Shown here in pieces: positions 50,569 to 63,715 of a stretch of DNA of 64,000 bases. The notes below the pieces were generated by a model. The model did not search any database, was not told where the DNA came from, and worked only from the letters and a program-made list of their open reading frames with translations. The translations under genes were made by a program, and so were the position numbers. Position 1 is the stretch's first letter. Each line of letters opens with the position of its first letter. The DNA comes from Chiloscyllium plagiosum (lineage: Eukaryota). Location: contig NC_057749.1 of assembly GCF_004010195.1 (NCBI RefSeq), forward strand, positions 8,682,293-8,746,292, read 5' to 3'.

Positions 50569-51199
50569 AAGTACGGTGACCAGTAATGTATAGAGTACTC
50601 CAGAGGAGGTCTCACCAATACTCCCCATAACAGAAGCATTACCTATTCAATTCCCCTCGCAGTACGAGTTATCGTTAATGTTTACTCACAATCCCAATCA
50701 GTACATTCTTTACATTTTGAAACACAGAATGATTCAATCCAGAATCGACGTTAGGTAAAGTTCTCCCTCTTCAGGTCTGTCAAGGTATAGGAATTAGCCA
50801 CCCCTTGACATGGAACCTTCGTGTGTGTGTATTCCAGTAAATGCCAGGACATTAGAAACATAATTTGGAGATAACCGTGTTGGACTGGGGTGTACAAAAC
50901 TCCCACAGCACCAGGTTATAGTCCAACAGGTTTAATTGGAAGCATTAGCTTTTGGAGCGTCGCTCCTTCATCAGGTGGTTGGAGTGGCGCCCCGAAAGCT
51001 AGTGCTTCCAATTAAACCTGTTGGACCATAACCTGGTGTTGTGTGATTTTTAACTAGAAACATTAGTTACTAATGGGGACATTAATTCTCCCAGGCTTGC
51101 CTTTAACCATTCCTTTGTCAGCCTGACTGTTTCTCCCTCTCTCTGAGCTCCATCCCCACCTATCGTTTACCTCTTCCCTATTCACACCACCCATTCTCA

Positions 51200-51700
51200 A
51201 GAGAGAGAATAGTCAGAGACCTTTATCCAGGGCAGAAATGGCTATCACAAGGGGCATAATTTTAAGGTAATTAGAGGAAGGTTTAGGGGAGATGTCAGAT
51301 GTCGGTTCTTAAAACAGAGAGTGGTGGATGCGTGGAATTCACTGCCAGCAGTGGTAGCACAGTCAGAAGTATTAGGGATATTTAAACGACTCTTGGATAG
51401 GCACATGGATGATAGTCTGAACACTACGGGCAATTTAGCATGGCCAATTCACCTGACCTGCACATCTTTGGACTGTGGGAGGAAACCGGAGCACCCGGAG
51501 GGAACCCACACAGACACGGGGAGAATGTGCAAACTCCACACGGACAGTCGCCCAAGGGTGGAATCAAACCTAGGTCCCTGGTGCTGTGAGGCAGCAGTGC
51601 TAACCACTGAGCCACTGTGCCACCCAAAAAGGATAAAAGGCCGGCACAACATCGCGGGCTGAAGGGCCTGCATTGTACTGTTCTATGTTCTGTGTTCTAA
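51200..51700 (+). mobile_element. CR1 3' end interrupted by a minus-strand V-SINE (51420-51625)
   Basis: VDAWNSLPAVV...FKRLLDRHMD; tail ttctatgttct. Confidence 0.85.
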
Positions 51701-52917
51701 TATCTGCCAAGCGTTTCCTAGTTACAATTCATTCTGAAGAAAGGTGACCGAACCCGAAGCTTTAATTCTGCTTTCTCTCCACAGCTGTTGCCAGACCTGC
51801 TGAGCGTCTCCAGCAATTTCTAGTTTTGTTACTCGAAACACGTCTGGTGAGAGGACAACATGCTAAAGGGCTTTCTCCGAGGTGGCAAGTGGTGTGAGTG
51901 GTATGTTTTATTTATCTCTTCTTTTCTTGGTAGCATTTTCCCCCTATTGATCGAAAGAGGGTGAGTAAGGTGACGGATTATCTTCATTACTGTGAGCTTT
52001 GTCTGTCTCTATCTCTTTCTCTCTCTCTCTCTCTCTCTCCTTGTTCATCGAACTGCAGCATAAAGCCGTATCTCTCGAGGGGACCCTGCAAGCACTGATG
52101 AATCTCCTCAATCCTACAGGGCCCAGGCAGAAGGGACTAGGGAGAAAACATTAGCAGTATTCACGCAAATTGAAAGAAATTGTGTAGGAGATGAAAGACC
52201 ACAATCAATTGCAACAAAACAAAGAAAAAAGGTCAGAATTCAAAGTGAAATCTGAAAGAAAGGAGCAGACACAGAGCAGGGTTTTCTTCCTTCAGGTCAG
52301 GATGTCAACTTTGGAATTAAGTGGGGGGGCTTCCTGACCCACATTGTGTCAGGAGCAGTCACCTTATATGGATTTGGCCTGGAGTAGCCAACTGATGGTA
52401 AAAGAGTGGGTTTGCCAAATGGGGATGGTGGCCAGGCTGGAGGACCAGCATGAGGTCCCTCCATGGGGTAAGAGCTATAGCCCAGTGGAAGAGAGAGAAG
52501 GGAAACTTCCATTGTCCGTCAGAAAAAAAGGCCTTACCTTCTAACCCACCAGGTCGGGGGTGGGGGGTGGGGGAGTGACTACCGTGACAGGGCAGCCTGG
52601 AGTAAACAGTGAGGGAGAACGATGTTCATTTCATGGTCATGTTATATAGCCTTTCATTCAGAAATTATATTTAAATTTCACCAGTTACCATGGTAGGATT
52701 TGAACTCACGTCCAATCGATCATTATTGGCTGGGTCCATAGCACAGTAGCATCTTCAAAACATTCCCTCATTATATATGTGGGTGAATATCATAGGAACA
52801 TAGGAACAAGGGTAGGCCATTCAGCCCCCGAGCCTGTTCCACCACTCAATGACATCATTGCCAATCAGTGGCCTAACTCCACTTCCCTGCCTTTGGCCAC
52901 TATCTCTGTATTGGTGG

Positions 52918-53502
52918 CTCCAGGACAGTAGGTAGTGTTCGGGTTCCTGAGCCCCCCGCTCCAGGACAGTAGGTAGTGTTCGGGGTCCTGAGCCCCCCGC
53001 TCCAGGACAGTAGGTAGTGTTCGGGTTCCTGAGCCTCCCGCTCCAGGACAGTAGGTAGTGTTCGGGTTCCTGAGCCCCCCGCTCCAGGACAGTAGGTAGT
53101 GTTCGGGTTCCTGAGCCCCCCGCTCCAGACAGTAGGTAGGGTTCGGGTTCCTGAGCCCCCCGCTCCAGGACAGTAGGTAGTGTTTGGGTTCCTAAGCCCC
53201 CCACTCCAGGACAGTAGGTAGTGTTCGGGTTCCTGAGCCCCCCACTCAAGGACAGTAGGTAGTGTTCGGGTTCCTAAGCCCCCCACTCCAGGACAGTAGG
53301 TAGTGTTCGGGTTCCTGAGCCCCCCACTCAAGGACAGTAGGTAGTGTTCGGGTTCCTGAGCCCCCCACTCAAGGACAGTAGGTAGTGTTTGGATTCCTGA
53401 GCCCCCCGCTCCAGGACAGTAGGTAGCGTTCGGGTTCCTGAGCCCCCCGCTCCAGGACAGTAGGTAGTGTTCGGGTTCCTGAGCCTCCCGCTCCAGGACA
53501 GT
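52918..53502. repeat. 41-bp minisatellite, about 14 copies
   Basis: Unit ctccaggacagtaggtagtgttcgggttcctgagccccccg, head-to-tail with no spacers. Confidence 0.97.
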
Positions 53503-53939
53503 AACATTCTTTTCCTTTCTGTCCATTTTATTTTTCTTCTTCTCCTTTTCTTCTTCTTCCCAGCGTTGTGGAGAGGCCGGAGTGGTGTTGGTGGTGACTG
53601 GAGCAGGAACCCCTGGCTGTGGTAGGCCCAGTGCCTGGACTCCTGGCATCGATCCTGGTAGTGTCAGTCCGGAGGGGGCACTCTCCACACGCCTTGCAGA
53701 AATCTGGAGTCATGTTTGGAACGCTGACCGATGAAGATGAACTCCATTTAAGTACTTTCTTTTTCCTCCTTTGTATCCTAAAATGTGGTGACAGAGCACC
53801 TTTCACTCTATCTCCTGAGATGTATGTGACAATAAGTCATTCATTAATAAGTTTGCTTAGCAGAACTTTATCTGTCACAGATTTAAGATTAACACCTGAT
53901 TCTGTATTCACTGTTGTCTGTGTCCAAACTCTCTCCACC

Positions 53940-54425
53940 CTGTGTGTGCGTTAAGTGTGTAGTGTGTAGTTTGTATGGGGTAAGTGTAGAGTCTGTGTGT
54001 TGTATGTGTGTTAAGTGTGTAATGTGTGTGGGCTACGTGTGTAGTGTGTAGTGTGTGTAATGTGTGTGTTAACTATGTCATGTGTTGTGTGTGTAGTATG
54101 TGTTGTGTGTGTAGTATATAGTATGTTGTGTGCATAGTGTGTGTAGTGTGTTAAGTATTTCTTGGGTTCTGTGTGTAGTGTGTGTTTCTAGTATGTAGTG
54201 TGTGTGTGGGTAAATGTGTAGTGTGCATGTGTAGTGTTGGTTAAATGTGTAGTGTGTTGTGTATGTGCATAGTGTGTGTGTAATGTGTAGTCTGTGTGTG
54301 TAGTGTGTTGCATGTGTGGTGTGTAGTGTGTATGTGTAGTGTGAGTGTTTAGTGTGTTGTGTGTGGGTGTGTGCAGTGTGTTGTGTACGTGTGTAGTGTG
54401 TTGTATGTAGTGTGTGTGTGTGTGT
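53940..54425. repeat. Degenerate TG/TAG-rich microsatellite
   Basis: Seen directly. Confidence 0.95.
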
Positions 54426-54697
54426 TGGAGGCAGCCAGGAGCACTGACAGCTGTAATACCCTGACATCCCCACATGGTGGCCAAATTCATGGTTAAGGAA
54501 ATGGCTACATGGGTGGATCCTAATGGAACCATTTCTGGGCACAAATCAACACCTCCGCGGAGCCGGGGTGGGGGCACTATCTGGAAGAAACATTCACCAG
54601 AAAGCCATTAATTCAAAAGACAAAGTCTAGCTCAATCAAAAATAATATTCAAATCACTTGGCACAAAGGCTGTTGGGACTGCAGTGGGAGGGGCAAG

Positions 54698-55410
54698 ATA
54701 GAGTCAGGCAGCACGGAAATAGGCCTTTCGGCCCAACCTGGCCATGCTAACCAGGTTTCCCAAACTAAACTAGTCCCACTTGCCTGCGCTTGGCCCATAT
54801 CCCTCCTTTCTACTCACCTACCTGTCAACGTACCTTTTAAATGTAACTGCATCTACCACTTCCTCTGGCAGTTCATTCCATATACGAGCCACTTTCTGTG
54901 TGAAATAATTGTCCCTCAGTTCCCTTTTAAATCTTTCTCTTCTCACCTTAAAAATGTACCCTCTAGTGTTGAACTCCCCCACCGGAGGGAAAACATTTTT
55001 CAATATTCACCTTCGCTATATACCCCTCATGATTTTATAATCCCAATGTGTAGCCAGACGAAGTGAATGATTCCTTTTCTTGTATCTCTCCTTCATTAAT
55101 TACAACGGTGTTTGATTTAAAAGAGAGTTAACATAGAAATTAGGAGTAAGCGTAGGGCATTCGGCCCTTTGATCAATATGATCCTGATTGATCTTCTATC
55201 TCAATGCCATATTCTGGCTTTCTCCCCATTCCCCTTTGTTGGCTTTGGAGTTTAAAAATGTACCTATCTCTTTCTTGAATATATCCAGCGACTTGGCTTC
55301 CACAGACTTTTGTGATTGAGAATTCCACAAGGTGACTCCCCTCTGAGTGAAGAAATGTCTCCTCAGCTCAGTCCTAAATGGTTCACTCCACATCCTGAAA
55401 CTGAATTCCC
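54698..55410 (-). mobile_element. Two CR1 3' fragments (54698-55040 and 55130-55410)
   Basis: FTQKVARIWNELPEEVVDA and FRTELRRHFFTQRGVTLWNS. Confidence 0.85.
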
Positions 55411-56044
55411 CCCCCCCCAATATTGTCGATATGACCAGTTACATCTATTTATATCAGATTGAACACCGCTCAGAAACAAATTTGCCAAATTCCTTTAGTA
55501 AGTAAATGAAAAGCTAGTTTATTTCAATAAAAAACTACTCAAGAAAAGATGCAAACAAATTAATAGTAAGAGGTTTAATAGAGCAACATATTAAACTAGT
55601 ATTCTTGAAAAATGACACATTCATGCATAAACACATTCCAGGTCTGGGGCAAAAAAAATATAAAACTCGACAGAATGATATCGTAAAAGTTAAAAATTAA
55701 ATTGAATGGAGGAACAGACTTCAAGGGCTCCTCCTGTTCCTATGTTCCATTCCTCCTATAACCTCGATCCTTGTCCCTTTGATCATGTCACAGTTAAATT
55801 CAGAATAAAGCAAATTGTCCCAAAAGTTGTTGATAGTCAAAGTCACTTTTGCAAATCAAATGTTTGTGCTAGGGTTTCTTTCTCGATCAGTATGGCTGAC
55901 TGATCCTTTTTATTTGGCAATAGAAGTGATTGTTTCCGATTCTCTTTAAAGCACTCTCTGTGGAGGGTAACAGAAATCATGATTTCTCCCCTAGGAATCT
56001 TCCACTTGTGGTGATGAGGTCTTCCAGTGAGTGTTTAATTCACA

Positions 56045-56380
56045 GCCTGGTGGCTCAGTGGTTAGCACGGGGCTGCCTCATAGACCCGGGGACCCAGATT
56101 CAATTCTGGCCTCATGCGACTGTCTGTGTGGAGTTTGCACATTCTCCCTGTATCTGTGTGGGTTTCCTCCGGGCGCTCTGGTTTCCCTCCATTGTCCAGA
56201 GATGTGCAGGTTAGGGTGGGATTGGCCTTGCTAAACTGCCCATAGTATCCAGAGATGTGCAGGCTAGGTGGGTCATCCATGGGATATGTAGGTGGACAGG
56301 GTAAGGGGGTGGGATGCTCTTCAGGGGGTCAGTGTGGACTTGATAGGCTGAATGGCCTGCTTCCACACTGATTCTTTGAT
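56045..56380 (+). mobile_element. V-SINE
   Basis: Head, V-domain and tail. Confidence 0.88.
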
Positions 56381-56979
56381 GAGAGGGAAAGGGCTATTTC
56401 TCCAGATGGGTTACCTCAGACTGTCTGTGTTCAATATCCTATAACTTTATTAGACCTACAAACAGCATCATGTGACATCTTACTGAACGTATTGGAGACA
56501 TAATGACTCTATTTAAGCTTCCCCAAAATGCTAGGATATAGATCAATATCAACTCAATAAGATTCTACATTGACATTTCAGATTGCATAGTTGCATAAAA
56601 GGGGGGGACCATCTTAACCTCATCACCACCCATCATTCCTCCCCCACCCCAACAACCTATACCGGTAACTCCCAATGGAAGGTGCAGAAAGTGACTGGTG
56701 GATTCAGTTGTGATGCCCCCACAGTTAAATAGCCCAAGTCAGGTTGACCAGCTGAGTATGATACTGGGTAACTGGAAAGGGGTGGGTTAGGGAGGTAAAT
56801 ATCCAGCACTCACCGAAGTACAACATGGGGCATTGAAGCAGTCACCCTTGGTGGAGATGAGGAGTGGAGAAGGAAACTGGGGAGAGGGGAAAGAGAAGAA
56901 AGGGTGGAAATGAGAGTGAAGGGAGAGGGGTGAGGTGTACGGTCAGGAGGACTGGGGGTGGGGAAGAAACCAACCTACA

Positions 56980-57620
56980 TAGGCTGGGGCTGTTTTCCCT
57001 GGAGCGTCAGAGGCTGAGGGGTGACCCTCATAGAGGTTTATAATATCATGAGGGGCATGGATAGGGTAAATAGACAAAGTTTTTTCCCTGAGGTGGGGGA
57101 GACCAAAGCTAGAGGGCAGAGGTTTATGGTGAGGGAGTTCAGAAGAGATTTACAAGGATGTTAATGGGGTTGGAGGGTTTGAACTATTGGGAGAGGCTGA
57201 ATAGGCTGGGGCTATTTCACCATAGTCAGAGACTGACCGGTAACCTTATAGAAGTTTATAAAATCATGAGGGGCATGGATAAGATGAATAGTCAAGGTCT
57301 TTTCCCTGAGGTGGGGGAGTCCAGAACTAGAGGGCATGGGTTTAAGGTGAGAGGGGGAAGATTTAAAAGGGACCTAAGGGGCAATTTGTTCACACAGAGG
57401 GTGTTGCGTGTATGGAATGAGCTGCCAGAGGAAGTGGTGGAGGCTGGTACAGTTACAACATTTAAAAGGCATCTGGATTGGTATATGAATATGAAGGGTT
57501 AAGAGGGATATGAGCCAAGTGCTGGCAAACGGGACTAGATTAATTTAGGATATCTGGTTGGCATAGACGGGTTGGAGCGAAGGGTCTGTTTGAACATCTC
57601 TATGACTCTGTGACTCTGTG
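56980..57620 (+). mobile_element. Two abutting CR1 3' fragments
   Basis: LIEVYKIMRGMDK...FTQRVLRVWNELPEEVVEAG, with 56980-57135 repeating the same region. Confidence 0.9.
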
Positions 57621-58052
57621 ACATAAAGAACAATGTGGTCCCTGCCACAACGACAAATTACAATTTTTATAACCAGCAGCTCCAGCTCGTAAAGTCAATT
57701 CAAGCCGATTATTAAAACTGAGTGGGAAACAGTGTTCCAATGTCGCTGGATTGTGATAGATGGCCGATGCATTGCTGAGCACATTGCTACATTCTCCGGA
57801 ATGACGTTCTGCATAAGCTTCAGCCAACTTGATCCACAGAGCAATCTTCTGCCAGCGATGCTTAAACTACTGCATTGCCAAATGAATCGTTGCATATGCA
57901 GCTCTGAGGAGTTGCTGCATCAGACTGCGAACAGACACTCTTAGTTAATGGAAGTTTGCGTTGCTCATCCAGCTATGGGATAGATTAGAACTTGTATGTG
58001 CTCAGCAGCAGCTAAAAAAAATGTGTTTATGAAATAATGCCCCTCCCTCAGT

Positions 58053-58107
58053 GTCTCTCTCTCTCTCTCTCTCTCTCTTTCCCCCCCCCCCCCCCCCCCC
58101 CCCCCCC
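58053..58107. repeat. (CT)n plus poly-C
   Basis: Seen directly. Confidence 0.9.
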
Positions 58108-58402
58108 TATAGATGACTGCATCACAGTTTGTGGCTTGTGAAGATTAACAGTGACTGTTTATCACCCCTGTCCCCTAAGGATTGTTCAGTGTACAAACAT
58201 CAGACCTCCCATCAATCACTTGTCAATTCTCATCGCCACCAGGGGACATCAGTGCTTTCTCATTTCTGAAAAATGAGTTCATTTGCACTTTCTTACGCTT
58301 TGGTAACGTCACTCAAAGGTTCAGCGTGAAGTATTGAGGCTCCCTTCTTGACTGCATCCCATAACTCATGCACATATTCCCAGGGCAGTACTGAGGGAGT
58401 GC

Positions 58403-58575
58403 CAAAAGATGGGGGGGAGGGGGGGGGGACTGCAGATGCTGGAGAGTCAGAGTTGATAGAGCGTGGAGCTGGAGAAAGCACAGCAGGTCAGGCAGCATCC
58501 GAGGAGCAAGAGAGTTGATGTTTCGCACAGAACCCTCCTTCCTGAAGAAGGGTTAAGCCCAAAATGTCGACTTTC
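58403..58575. mobile_element. Penelope-derived short element
   Basis: Same arm sequence as 8965; ctgagggagtgc on both sides. Confidence 0.75.
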
Positions 58576-58699
58576 CTGAGGGAGTGCTACAAATGGGTGT
58601 GGGCATCATATTTATTGCCTGTTGCTAACTGCCCTTTGAGAAGGTGGTGGTGAGCTACCTTCTTGAACCAGTTCAGTCATACCCACACTGCTGTTCTCT

Positions 58700-59040
58700 T
58701 AGAATTAGAATCCGTACAATTTGGAAACAGGCCCTTCAGCCCAACAAGTCCACACCAACCCTCTGAAGAGTAACCCACCCAGACCCATTCCCCTATTCTA
58801 TATTTTTTACCCCTGACTAACCCACACATCCCTGAACACTATGGGCAATTTAGCAGGGCCAATTCACCTAACCCGTACATCTTTGCATTGTGGGAGGAAA
58901 CCAGAGCACCCGGAGGGAACCCACGCCGACGCGGGGAGATTTTGCAAAGTCCACACAGACAGTCGCCCGAGGCTGGAATCACACCCAAGTGCCTGGCGCC
59001 GTGAGGCAGCATGGCTAACCACTGAGCAACCGTGCCGCCC
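58700..59040 (-). mobile_element. V-SINE nested in a LINE 3' fragment
   Basis: Head, V-domain and tail. Confidence 0.9.
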
Positions 59041-59284
59041 AGGAGGTGAGTTCCAGAATTTAGTCCCAGTGGTACTGAAGGAAGGGTGATATATTTCCAA
59101 TGGTAAGTAGCTCGGAGGGGAACTTGTAGGCTGCAGTGCACCCCATGGTCTCTGCTGCTCTGGCCCTAGAGGCTGTGGATTTGGAAGGAGGTGTGGTGTC
59201 TTCCTGTGGGTTGTCGGTTATTTGTCCACAAGTGGTACCCTCCCTACTGGTCATGTCCATGTGTTACCTCCGAGAGGCTGTGGC

Positions 59285-59590
59285 TGGATTCCAGGGCACA
59301 TAGATGGAGAGGCCACCTTCTGGATTAAAGTGAGATTAAAGGTCAGCATTCTCCTCACCCCACCCTCGCAGGTGCTCATGGGAAAAGACCCCATGGCACT
59401 GATTCAAAAAAGATCAAGGGATATTATCACATTGTCCTGGCCAATATTTATCCCTCAGTAAACAAGACAGAAGCAGATTATCGTGATCATTATCTTATTG
59501 CTGTTTATGGTAGCTTTCTGTGTGCAAACTGGCTGTGCTTTGTCCTACATTACTATGGCGACTACCCTTCAAAAATACTTCATTGGCTAT
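59285..59590 (+). mobile_element. DeuSINE-like SINE
   Basis: aaagaccccatggcactgattc...tgtcctggccaatatttatccctca...gcagattatc, the Deu-domain pattern. Confidence 0.65.
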
Positions 59591-59624
59591 AACAGACTGG
59601 ACTGTGTCTGTTACAACAGCATAT

Positions 59625-59915
59625 TAGCTCCGTGGTTAGCACTGCTGCCTCACAGTGCCAGAGACCTTGGTTCAATTCTATCTTCAGGTGACTGTCTGTG
59701 TGGAGTTTACGCATTCTCTCAGTATGGGGGTACTCTGGTTTCCTCCTTTAGTCCAAAGATGTGCACGTTAGATGGATTGACCATGCTAAGTTACCCAAAG
59801 TGTCCAGTGATGTGTGAGGTTACAGGGATAGTGTGTAGGACTGGATGGGATGCTTTTTGGAGGGTTGGTGTGGACTTGTTGGGCTGAATGGCCTGTTTCT
59901 ACACTGTATGGATTC
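59625..59915 (+). mobile_element. V-SINE
   Basis: Head, V-domain and tail. Confidence 0.85.
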
Positions 59916-60564
59916 TGTTCTGTGTCTTACATCAGTGATGAATGGTGAACGGCAAATATGAAACAGAGAAAACAGTCTGTTTTATTGGCAGCCCATCCAC
60001 CCCCTTAAACATCCACTCTCTCCCCCTCTGATGCACACTGGCAGGATTGTGTACCATCTAAAAACTGCACTGCGACAACTCACCAAGGCTCCTTCTACAG
60101 CACCTTCTACCATTTTGAAGTCAATAGGTACCAGATATATGGGAACAGCGACTGCTGTGGGTTCCCCTCACAGTCACTCACCCATCTGACTTGGAAATAT
60201 ATCACCATTCCTTCACCAGCACTATGGTCAAAGTCCTAGAACTCTCTCCCTAACAGTGACCTACACCACAGGGACTGTAACAATTAAAGAACAGAGCTCA
60301 CACCACTTTCTCCAGGGCATTTAAGGGTAAGCATTAAATGTCAGTAACACCCGCAATCCATGAAGGAATGAAATGAAGTCCTCCCTCTCTCCCAGAAACC
60401 TCCTTCTACCACAGATAAATGTATAAATGTGGTATCAATGGTTTAGTGGCAGTGTCTCCACCTCTGGGATAGAAGCTCCAGAGTCAAGTCCATCTACCCC
60501 AGACATATATTAAAACATGTGTGATCAGGTTGATTAGAAATAAACACGTCATATCATTCACAAG

Positions 60565-61085
60565 CAAACAAGGGCAGGACTTACCCATGTTTTAATGGTA
60601 GGGTCCTGGGGAGTATTGTCAAACAGAGAGACCTAGAGGTACAGGTACATAGCTCTTTGAAAGTTGCATCACAGGTAGACAGGGTGGTTAAGAAGGTGTT
60701 TGGCACACTTGTCTTCATTGCTCTGACCACTGAATATCAAAATTGGGACATCGTGTTGAGGTTGTACAGGAGGCTGGTGAGGCCACTTTGGGAGTACTGT
60801 GTATAGTTCTAGTCTCCCTGCTATAGAAAGGATATTATTAAATTGGAGAGGGTTCAGAAAGGATATACCAGGATGTTGCCAGGAATGGAGGGTTTGCGAT
60901 ATAAAGAGAGGTTGGATAGGTTGAGACTTTTTTCATTGGAGCAGAGGAGGTTGAGGGGAGACCTTATAGAGGTTTATAGAGGGGAATAGCAAAGGTCTTT
61001 TCCCCAGGGTGGGGGAGTTCAAATATTGAACGGGAAAGTGAGAGGGGCAAGATTTAAAAGAGACCTGAGGGGCAACTTTTTCTCT
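60565..61085 (+). mobile_element. CR1 ORF2 fragment
   Basis: Similar to 38060-38600. Confidence 0.88.
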
Positions 61086-61969
61086 AAATGTTTCCAACAA
61101 GTGATGGTGGTGCAGTGGTAATGTCCCTGGACTGGCAGTCCAGAGTCCTAGGTTGATAGTTGAGGGTCTTGTTGCACAGTGGTAGTGTCCCTATCTCTGA
61201 GACAGGAGATCCAGATTCACGAAGCCAACCTACTCCAGGAATGTCATGACAAGTCTGAACAGGTTAATCGAGGAGGGGAGAAGGAAACTATAAACGGCGT
61301 GCCAAGAAATCCTGCCAAGTTCAGTGATGGGCAACTTTCTGTCTGGGCTGTGTTCATTCTGTCAAGATCACTGGTAAAGCTGTAGTCTGATGGGTTAAGT
61401 TAGACACTGAGATTAATAGAAGCTAGTTAGCTAAGGACAATACAATCAAAAAGGGTCTAAGATTCAGATCAGCCATGATCATATTGAATGGCAGAAAAAG
61501 CTTTGAAGGACTGAATTCTTATAAATTAAATATCAGATTGTTAGTTCCATAGACACCATCGGGAGCAACGCCAAACATATTTTATTTATGAATGATGTTC
61601 TTCGTTCTGAGCTTATTGCTAACGTGATGTTAAAGATAATTTCTTGTCAGAATAGATTGCAACAATTTGTTCATTTACTGGGAATTACTGGATGCATTGC
61701 TCCGATAATAGTTGCTGTCAAAATGTTGTCTTGGGTTTTTGGTTTTAGATCAGAAATTGTCAACGTCAAGTCCTTTCCATTCACCTCGGACAGCTTGGGC
61801 TCACCAACGAATGAGATCAAATGGGAACAGCTTTAGACCGTGCCGCACAATGTGAAGTCCCAGAAAATTGCCAGCGATGGTGATCCATGCTCACACACAT
61901 TTTTATCAACATACAAGTTTCCTATGTCAACATTTATTTGTCAGTAACTGTGACTGAGACCTTTTTCAC

Positions 61970-62342
61970 TGCAGGAGGGTGAAAGATGACCTGATAGAGA
62001 TTTACAAACTAACGAGGGGTGTAGATGGTAGAAGGTGAATGGTAAGGGCCTTTTCCAGAGGGTGGGAGATTTGAAGATAAGGGAGCATATTTTTAAGTTG
62101 AGAGGAGAAAGATTTTAAAAATAATTTTTTTATACAGAGAGTGGCTCGTGTATGGAATGAACTTCCATAGGAAGTGACGAATGTGAGTACGGTTACAACT
62201 TTTAAACGACACTTGGATAAGTGTGTGAATAAGAAATGTCTGGAGGGATATGTGCGAGGAACAGGCAGGTGGTCAACAGGAGATTATGGTCAGCATGGAC
62301 GAGTTGGACCGAAGGGTCTGTTTCAGTGCTGTGACTCTATGA
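61970..62342 (+). mobile_element. CR1 3' end
   Basis: TTFKRHLDKCVNKKCLEGY followed by tail. Confidence 0.85.
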
Positions 62343-62495
62343 CTGGAGACATGATTTGGAGATGCCAGTGTTGGACTGGGGTGGACAAAGTTAAAAATCA
62401 CACAACACCAGGTTAAAGTCCAACAGGTTTTGGACTATAACCGGGTGTTGTGTGGTTTTTAACTTTATGACTGGAGATAATGTGACAGGTGACTC

Positions 62496-62552
62496 TGGCC
62501 AGCAGGTGGTGCCACAGAACAGGATTCCGGTTTTGGCCAGTAGGGGGAGGCC
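62496..62552 (+). promoter_or_regulatory. Two tandem CTCF-like motifs
   Basis: tggCCAGCAGGTGGTGcca (62496-62514) and tggCCAGTAGGGGGAGgcc (62534-62552) vs consensus CCASYAGRKGGCRS. Confidence 0.5.
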
Positions 62553-62931
62553 GTGAGCAACTTTCTGAACATTCTCGCCCAACTCCATACTCTGCTGTCC
62601 ATGAGAAGAAAACTTTCACCCCCTCCTCAAAGAAAAGCTTATGTTTCAGCTCTGGGAAATAAGTATTTTTTTTCCCTATTCCTGTTCTAGGACAGTTAAT
62701 CGTGCTGAGTTTCGAAAAGAAAGCCTTCTTTGGAAGAGTTCACTTGAAAGTTAATGTTCTTAGCATTTTCGAATGTAATGTGACTTGACCAGTGCAAAAC
62801 AATCCATTAATCCCTCAAGGAAGGGTGGTGCACTACAGGGACTCTTTTGTTGTCTGCCTTTCGTCTCCTGCAAACTTTAAGATGGGGAGACAATGGCCAA
62901 ATGTTATTATCTCAGGACTATTAATCCAAAG

Positions 62932-63096
62932 GAGAAAGTGAGGACTGCAGATGCTGGAGATCAGAGCTTAAAAATGTGTTGCTGGAAAAGCGCAGCAGGT
63001 CAGGCAGCATCAAAGGAGCAGGAGAATCGACGTTTCGGGTATAAGCCCTTCTTCCCTTCTTCAGGAAGAAGGGCTCCTGCCCGAAACGTTGATTCC
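62932..63096. mobile_element. Penelope-derived short element with 15-bp TSD
   Basis: actattaatccaaag at 62917-62931 and 63097-63111. Confidence 0.88.
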
Positions 63097-63411
63097 ACTA
63101 TTAATCCAAAGACTCTGGTAATGTTGTGGAAACTGTGGTTCGAATCCTGGAATTTGAATTCATTGCACATCTGAAGTGAAGAGTTTGATGATATAGATCT
63201 ATAAGTTGTGAGAATGCTGGGACAGGGGTTTTGGTTCTGAATGGTGTACATGATGGATGAAGGGAAAGGGTCAAGGGACATATGAAAGTTCCTCCTGCTC
63301 AACCCACCGAGAATGAGATTTTATTTTCCCTTACAGTCCAACCATGGAAATAATAAGCAGCAGAGAAACGTGTTGTCAAAACAGTTCAGGAAGACTAGTG
63401 ACCGTTGTTGA

Positions 63412-63715
63412 TGGATGGCTCAGTGGTTAGCACTGCTGCCTCATAGCACCCACAGACTTGGGTTCGATTCCACCTTGTGGCAACTCTGAGTGGAGTTTGT
63501 ACATTCTCCCTGTGTCTCCTGGTGCTCCGGTTTCCTCCCACAATCAAAGGATGTGCAGTTGAGTTGGATTAGCCTGGCCAAATTACCCCGTGGTGTGCAG
63601 GCTAGGGAGATTAGCTGTGGGAAATGCTCGGTCAGGGGTCTGGGAGCAATGGCCTTTGGAGGGTCAGTGCAAACCTGATGGATCAAATGGCCTCAATCTG
63701 CACTGTAGGTATGCT
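63412..63715 (+). mobile_element. V-SINE
   Basis: Head, V-domain and tail. Confidence 0.85.

Noticed and set aside
52297..52545. Possible RTE-like LINE 5' region
   Set aside because: Impression only: no coding motif or second copy in the window supports it.
52918..53502. CRISPR-like array, or repetitive protein ORFs 52900-53688 and 52821-53249
   Set aside because: Units are head-to-tail with no unique spacers and there are no cas genes. The ORFs simply reflect a 41-bp unit that lacks stops on the minus strand.
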